In this document: in pieces, positions 1 to 53,816 of the stretch
How the letters are laid out: each line of letters opens with the position of its first letter
Numbering within the stretch: position 1 is the first letter of the stretch
DNA from: Catajapyx aquilonaris
Taxonomy: Eukaryota
NCBI GenBank assembly: GCA_000934665.2
Contig: JYFJ02002616.1
Location: 1 to 53,816, forward strand
DNA length: 53,816 bases
Direction of reading: 5' to 3'
Notes under the pieces: generated by a model
The model's input: only the letters and a program-made list of their open reading frames with translations
Told to the model about the DNA's origin: nothing
Database searches by the model: none
Translations under genes and position numbers: made by a program

Positions 1-22
1 CCCCCCCCTGGATACGGCACTG
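1..22. mobile_element. Probable terminus of a hAT-like MITE truncated by the window edge
   Basis: cccccccctggatacggcactg (reverse complement CAGTGCCGTATCCAGGGGGGGG) resembles CAG-starting MITE ends; the partner end is not in the window. Confidence 0.3.
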
Positions 23-125
23 CTTACAGAGCAATTAAGTAATGGGGCATCATGAAAAAAGCAGTTATTGTTTGGTGTTTGTCAAGTCATAATAATAGAT
101 AAATAATAAAGGATTTGCCATGCAG

Positions 126-34861
<34,736 letters not shown>

Positions 34862-34959
34862 GAAAAAGTTGATAAGTACAAACGAGTTTATCAACAGGTT
34901 GAAATACAGTGCTTTTAATACATTGTACAAACATTTTTACATTTTATATTTCTCAATCA

Positions 34960-37900
34960 TCATGAGGTAGCAGCAGGAGCATCAGGACATGATGGCTCTT
35001 CTGGTTTTGGACATTGTTCTTCTTTCTTGCGTTTCACTTGCTCCACCAGATGTTTGTATCGTGCAATGCACTCATCCTGAGGAAAAGCGAATGTAGTGTT
35101 ACTTCTAAGTTAGTATAGCTACGTAGTTTTGGTAGACACTTAGAAATTTGCTAGTGTCTCTTGCGATTATGTGATAAATACCTTTGTTTTTTCTGGGACA
35201 CATTTTGCTATTCTGTCCCACCTCTCTGAGACTCCCTTTGGATAATTCTGCAGTGCCACCTCCAATGCTCTTTGCTGGATCTGACTCCAGTTCTCCTCAC
35301 TTGTTGACACAGGTGCTGTCTTGCCTCCTCGAGTTTTAACTTTGCGGGGAACCTCTGGCTCCTCAGGAGCGGGAGCTTCTTCTGTGTACTCCTCATCGAG
35401 TGGTGATGAACCTGACATAACACTTGGAATTAAAATACGCATATAATTTTCTCCTTGAGTCGAATTTTCAGGAAGGGAAGTTATTTCCAGTTCTCATTGC
35501 ACATGATAAAATTCCAGGCCTGCCTTTTACACCCTGTTAACAAATTCACTCATGAATTAACTTTATAAGCAAAACCATCATACCTAGTGAGTCCTTAACC
35601 TTCTTTGCCATAAAAGTGACCTCATGCACAGTCCGTTGCATTGCTTCAGCAATCCTTTCCCAGCGTTCAGGGATCCCTCCTGGGTACTTTCTCATAAATC
35701 TACCCAAATCAGCCAAGTCATCATCAGTCCACAGTCCACCAGCCATTGCTGGAGGTGCTGCAGCAGGTGCTGGTCTAGGTGCTTCACCGTCCATTGTCTC
35801 TGACACTGTCTCCATGCCAGTGAAGTCAGGTATTTCCACCACTCTCCTCCTCTTGGGTTTGGGTGCCTTCTTCTCAGGTTCTGGTTCAGGTTCAGGCTCC
35901 TCTTCTATGACTGGGTGCATCCAGTCATGAATAGCCTCCCGGCATGCAGAGATACACTCGGGAGTTGACTCAATTATAGATCGTCCTAGGCGGAATAGCT
36001 GGAAAGGCAATGTGTCCATCCAACTAGGCCGGGGTATCTCGAACTCGTCCACTGGGTCTGGCTTTGGTGACTTCTTCGACTTTTTGAGCTTCTTTTTGGA
36101 GGCTTCATCCTAATAAAACAGGTAGAGAAATCCTATTTCAGTAATATTCGCAACAGTCACTGCAAAATTAAGTGTTACACAGACTAAGGGAATGCGATCA
36201 GGTGTTCCAACTGAGATGTCTCTAGTGGTTAGCAATTTCTGGCACTGACATGCAATGGCCCAATAAACCATTCCTAATTGAAATAACAGGTTGTAAAAGA
36301 AAGATCACTGGATTTTTTGTACACTTTATAACCTAAATAATCTGCAACGAAAGTTGATCACAATCAACATGTGAAATATCATAATGACCACTGGCATTAT
36401 AATAATTCATTGGAACTTGACTTGTTTTGAAAATAATTGATGTGCCAATATCAACATTGTGAAACAGGTGTACAAATAACAAGGTAGTAAATGTTGACAT
36501 AAGATTTTAATTTCAGATGTAAAGTAAGTACGGCCACAACAAAGGGTTTTATGCCAATTTTTGATCGAAATTATTTGGTTACTTTATTTGGGTGAAACAA
36601 CTGTTTGTATGCATTATACCACATTCCTTTCGTATGTGTTACAAGCTTAAGAATCACATTCAGCGGGGACAAGAGGTGCAGATTACATGCAGGAATATAT
36701 TTTATTCAGTCTCTATGAAAAGCACCTCGCAGATAACATGCAAGTAAAATAATAATAACTACTTGACACCATCTATTACCATAATATTGACATTGCATTG
36801 TTACTGATAGAAAACATTCAATATGCAGGATATAACAGGCAGGTTACCATGTACTTCCTCTCCCAGTACGCAGCCCATGCAACAATGTACTGCCCAAATG
36901 TGATCAGAGCAAACAAGAAGGCAGATAGTTCTCCGAGTCCCATCTTCCTCATCCTCCTGTAGTAATAAACAGGCATCCTCCAGTCAGGCATTCCTTCCAC
37001 CAGCAGCCGGTTGTATCTGGCTCTCCGCTCGTCATCACGCAGCACTTCATACACTCCAACCAGCTGCCGGAACTTGATCTCCGCATCTTCCGCATCATTC
37101 TTGTCCGGATGAAGCTGAAGGGACAAGCGCCGAAAGGCTTTGCGGATCTCAGCCGAACTGGTTTCCTAGAAAACATACAATTGGTATCATGAACAAGGCT
37201 AGGGATAGCAAGAGATGTTATTATAAGAGAGGTAATGAGAATGTGGCATATCAATCAGCATGATAAATGTAAATTAGGATTCACTCTTCAATATAAATGC
37301 CAAACTCACAGAACATATTATTGGCAATGTACAGTGGTGGAAATTAATGGATATCCACATGTATTGCCGCCTGACGGAGCTTTTTCTTTACTTGAAGCTG
37401 ACATCCATTTATTTCCAGTGTGTACTGTAGTGTCAGGATGCATTCAGACAACCGATTAGTTATATCCGGAGAGGTACACTAGATAAAATATCACTTCCTG
37501 TTTTAATGATTCGCTGTACTGAGCATGCAGCATAGTTGCACAGCACTACTTTGTAGCTTCAGCAGAGTAATGGGTGTTACAACGAATAAAATAAATACAG
37601 ACTGAATTACCTTGTAAGTAGAAAATGCACAATGAGTAAAATGCAGGCATAGTGTATGTAATTGGGATTTTATTAATTCATGCATTTGCACAGGTGTGTA
37701 GGCCCACACATTGTTCCATAGGAAAATCACCAAATTTTCAATGTCATTTGCCAGCAGTTGCGTGAACTGCACTGATCTCATCGCCCACACACGCCCACAC
37801 CTAACCCTCTCTGTGTGTTTACCTGTGTGAGCCCAAGCAGCGTGTAGAAATTCTGGTTGACCTCCTCCACCAGATCGAACAGTTCCAGCTCATCCGTGGT

Positions 37901-37972
37901 CCATCCCCTGGCCCCAGACCACAGCAGGGCAAGGAGCAGAAGGATGCTGCCCAGATGCCTCATCCCCATCAT
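34960..37972 (-). CDS. DNAJC1: DnaJ homolog subfamily C member 1 (ERdj1/MTJ1)
   Basis: Exons (-) 37972-37823, 37165-36848, 36109-35584, 35411-35182, 35076-34960 (TGA), phases consistent. Signal peptide, ELFDLVEEVNQNFY, J-domain LHPDKN, TM segment, two SANT/Myb domains (WTDDD..YPGG..ERWERIA; WSQIQQRALE..YPKG..ERWDRIA). Confidence 0.93.
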
Positions 37973-38770
37973 CTCCTCTCCCTGCAGCTGCTTTCTCTAT
38001 CCCAGCGCTTGGCACCACCGCTCTCCTCCACCTGTCCTCCTCCTCTCGTTCTACCAGCACCCCCGCTCCTTGAACTCATGCAAGTCCCACCTGTGGACGA
38101 GGCCGGCCTACCTGTCACCCCTCTTCTAGTTTCGCGTGGATTCATGCCAAATCAGCCAGATTGCAACGTGAAAGGTGGTCCATCTCGGGTTGGCTCCACT
38201 GAATGCAATTTTGGCAACGCGGTTGGATACACTGCCACCCGCGATACTATCAGCTCCCACTACAAAAACACGAATGCGGATGTACCTCTGCGTGATTGGC
38301 CATTCGTGTTCAAATCCAGGCTCTGATTGGCTGATGGATGTGGCAGCTCCGTGGTGTAAACTTGTGTACGGAAGTCCGGGTAGTACGCGATCGGTATTGC
38401 AGTCAGAAGAGGAAGGTTCCGGCGTTGTTTCGGTTTTCCAGCCACTTTTCCAGCAATCTCCAGGCCTGATCCGGAAGGTATTTCATCGGGGTTGGATGCG
38501 GTGCCTTGCACTGGCCAATTGGGCTTGATCGGCACTGGATGGAACGTAAAGGGTTGTTGGCACACTGGCCGAATTCCTTTTGAGATGAGCATGCATCAGA
38601 TATAGTTGGGTAATGGCAGTGTGTCCAAATAGTATACCAGTATAGTAAGCACATATTTTACTTACAAGTAATCACTGGTGAAACGACACATGAACAGTGC
38701 GGATCATTGCTTTTATGGGATTGTCCAAAAGCTGATGTTCAATCCTGATTTTCCAGTGGGTTTTTGAGAG
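37973..38770. promoter_or_regulatory. Putative bidirectional promoter between DNAJC1 and DDX42
   Basis: Start codons diverge ~800 bp apart; CpG-enriched relative to introns; CCAAT/ATTGG boxes (~38295, ~38327, ~38515) and ETS-like CGGAAG sites (~38370, ~38473). Confidence 0.55.
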
Positions 38771-50543
<11,773 letters not shown>

Positions 50544-51150
50544 TTAAAAAACGTTGCCAGCCAATATCTGGAAGGTAAACTGGGGCGAGCATTCTGTGAA
50601 TCCTTGGATTTGAGCTGTGAAAGGAGTCAGTTAGCAATTGGCTAGTCCGGGAGAAGTTTGCAACAGCTCAATTCACGCCATGATCTTTTTTAAAACGAGA
50701 GAGTCAATAGTCTCGTTATTACTTCCTCTTGGCAATGACTCGCAAAAGTATTTTAATTTTGATGAGGGAGTGTTAATGACAGGCAAGTGTGCTTCACCAG
50801 GTACATTTATTGTCGTTGTAAATACTTCACATTGGTAGAGTAACAGCTAAACATCATTCGGCAACTGTAACAGCATAACTACATGCTTCCCACATTTTTT
50901 GTACATCACAAATAGACAGCATCGCTATGAGCTTACGAACACATGGATGTGACCATGATTGGATTCCACAGAAAAATGGCTGATTACTGTCTTTAACACA
51001 TTCTATGCGTCTACCATACATAAATAATCTGACACGCATTTACACAGCACTCCCATGCATACTTATCATTTTAAAAATAGGTCAACCTCTGTTGTATAAT
51101 ACAATCCTGAGAAATGCAACTATGACTGTTTGAAAAATATTTTTCTCCCC

Positions 51151-53315
51151 TCAGCATATGTCAGTCTGGCCCTGAAAATGGAAAAAGGTAAATAAACAAT
51201 TACTTTCTGGGAGTACATGTGAAGAAGCGGGATGAAAGATGACAGAACATGTTGGTTTTTATTGTACGTACACATGGCACACCAGACGAAATTACGTGTT
51301 TATTGTCATGGAGAGAGGCTATGACAGGATGGAACATGTGGGAGAGGGCTGGTTCAACTCACTTGCAACTTGTGATCATGCGGATAGTAGGCAAATAGAG
51401 AGAGCTGGAATCCGCCAAGCAGAGCCCCCAGGAAATTTGGAACCTGGAAATTTAACAAGGGGCATTAATCCCATAAATTAATCTCTCCAAAAATCATTGT
51501 TTCACACGGAAAAGCATGAAAATGAAAATTTCTACATACAGTTGAGTAGTTTCATGCAGAATGATTCTTAAACTGGCATTATATCAGCTTACCTGCACAA
51601 ATGTGTCATGTATGGCCAACCCATACAAGAACCACTGGAAACAAACCAAAAAGGTGGCAAGAATCATGGGGAATGGGAGTGTTTCAGTACTTCCCGACTG
51701 AATCACATGGCCCAACTGCGTCAGGGGAGCTGCGCAAAATATCACTGTTAGAGAGCAGGAAATGAGGCCCGTCCAGAACTTGGCTTTCTCAAAGTCAGGT
51801 TCCAACTGACTGTAGAGGATTGCTAGGCCCAGGAAGACCCCGGCACTTAAAGTTTGCTTCTGGATGGTTGTCTGTAAGATAAAATGAGACATTAGTGTCA
51901 AAATTATGAGAGTTGGCCAAGGCAGCTTGCTTGAAACAGCCAGTATGGCATTTATATGACGAGAACCTAAACTGTCTACAGGTCATAATTAAATTGGGCA
52001 GTGACTTATTGTTGTGCAACATTGCAAAATGTTGCAGGAACATCGCCATGCACATGTAATAATGAAGCATACCCTTGGAAAGGCGTACAAGTGGTACACT
52101 AGTAAGTACGACCCTTGTAAGCCGGCTCCCACCACGTTGACTTTAATCATGGCTGAGTCACCAAGCATCAACCCATACTGCAGCCACAAAGCACATCTGG
52201 AATGAAAATACGGATTGCAGCATTGACTTGACCGTAAGCTATCACCGGTCACTTACCCTAGGAACCCAGCAATGAACGGGAATCCAGATATGTCACCAGT
52301 TGAGCCTCGCTTGACTATGTTGCGGCAAATTAACCTGTATGACAAGCATGTACTATTAAGTAGCTTGGAAGCAAATCAGTTATTGCTGAAATGTTAAGGT
52401 TAATTAAGTTTGACATCTTTTGCATTCTAAAGCGGTCTTCATGTGAGTAGCTTTCGTCTTAACACACATTTGCTGAGCGTTCCCTAGAGGGGACACCTCA
52501 ATGTTTACTAAGTTGGACTGAGAAATTAGAACTTCGAATTTTGTGTACAATTGTCATCCATGGACACATACAGATGCTAGATATTGAGTTATTGTGTTAG
52601 GTTTTCACTTGCTCATTAAAAATGAAACAAAAAGCCATTGAGGAATATCTGAGTTAAGCATCTGTCAGGATTACTGATTATCCGTCACCCGTGGGACTGG
52701 GGCATCATCGGATAATCCCAGTCTTGAGTTTTAAAAATGTTAATAAAATACAACAAAAAACATGAAATAACCTGCAATATTATGGTTTTCTAAGAAATAG
52801 TGAAGTATTTTTCTTTTACACACACATTACTGCATTTACAATTTAACTAAGGGAAAACAAAGGTGTAGAACATTACAGTGTTTCATGAGAAAACATCACT
52901 CGAGCGGGACAGTTGGATAATTGGGGTTGTAGTGCAAATCATGTAAGGAACACAATTTAAATTGCATTATTATCATTATTAACAATTAATATGGGGGCCC
53001 TCAAGCCTTGGACACATGAGTGCTCAGTGCCATATTCGTATTACAAATATGCAGCCGTAATATGTAGAATGTAGTTTGACTATAACAATTCCTACACCTG
53101 TCCTTTTGTTACGACTGCATGCATATTTATGATAATATGATGTGGCAGTGAAACTTGCGAATGGAATGAATGATGTGGGCCAATATTTTGTTGACAATGC
53201 AAGTGACAGAGTGCGTCACTAATAAGCGGTATACCCACACTCCGGTCAAGAACTGCAGGATGGTGGACACGCTGGCAGTCGCGGCCAGCACTTCCTTGAA
53301 TGGCTCCATGTCCAT
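51151..53315 (-). CDS. SLC50A1: Sugar transporter SWEET1 (SLC50A1 / saliva)
   Basis: Exons (-) 53315-53239, 52334-52257, 52196-52073, 51871-51593, then 51443-51354 (TGA) or 51443-51363 + 51171-51151. MtN3/slv motifs: ILQFLTG, GSTGDISGFPF, LWLQYG, VNVVGAGLQ, FCAAPL..VIQSGSTETLPFP, QWFLYG..DTFVQVPNFLG. Confidence 0.92.
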
Positions 53316-53399
53316 GCTTGGCCCCTCCCGGCTATCCTCTATCGCCCTGCTGATGCGTCTGGGCTGATAAGGGCAGCGGTGGTGCAGCAGCAGCACGCG

Positions 53400-53816
53400 A
53401 ATTGCATGCGTCTCTGTGCAGATGAGGTGCGAATGGGGCCAGGGCCGGTTGGTGCTTGGTGATCATATATGCGTGGCGTGACACTGCAGGGGATTTAAGC
53501 ACTAGGCCATGCCCTCGTTTGCCTTCCTTCCTTCCTCCCTGGCTGGCGGTGAGGATGTCGTAATCGGGGCCACGCGGACCAAATCCACGTGTCTGTATGT
53601 CGCGGAGGTACAGAGAGCAACTACTGCAGCTGATTAATTAAATCGAATGTCGTCACACGGACTATATATACACACACCGACGTCAACTGGATTCAAAATG
53701 GCGGCTCGCGTAGGCGACAAGCGTATTCCTTAACCCTACCTGGGCTCAACTGGCGCGTCCGAATGCGCATCACCGCTCTCCCGCCGTGACGTCACATGCG
53801 GGTGTTGGACGCGCTC
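53400..53816. promoter_or_regulatory. CpG-rich promoter region upstream of SWEET1, possibly shared with a gene beyond the window
   Basis: High CpG content; TATATATA at 53663-70; YY1-like CAAAATGGCGGC at 53694-53705; CRE palindrome GTGACGTCAC at 53786-95; CACGTG at ~53586. Confidence 0.5.

Noticed and set aside
52..102. ATG AAA AAA GCA.. as the hemocytin start
   Set aside because: Stops after 16 codons with no good donor site; the true signal-peptide exon is probably upstream of the window.
52665..52935. Degenerate pogo/Tigger-like MITE (gattatccg...ggataattggggttgtagtg)
   Set aside because: Inverted ends too degraded and no clear TSD.

Overview
Eukaryotic (arthropod-type) gene-dense genomic DNA with many short GT-AG introns. 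It carries four recognisable genes: (+) a ~60-exon hemocytin/hemolectin (126-34861; start exon apparently upstream of the window), (-) DNAJC1 (37972-34960), (+) DEAD-box helicase DDX42 (38771-50543) and (-) a SWEET1/slv sugar transporter (53315-51354 or 51151). The two ~8 kb introns each hide an antisense spliced gene that the ORF track shows only as unrelated fragments. The hemocytin intron holds a 4-exon, ~445-aa divergent KCTD-like protein (BTB/T1 + Ser-rich linker + KCTD1/12-like C-terminal domain). The DDX42 intron holds a ~462-aa signal peptide/mucin-repeat/transmembrane protein. Introns also contain a deleted mariner, a tRNA-derived SINE and MITEs of hAT, Tc1/mariner, PIF/Harbinger and possibly Sola type. 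All exon models were assembled by eye from splice consensus and phase consistency; no searches were run, so novelty is unverified.
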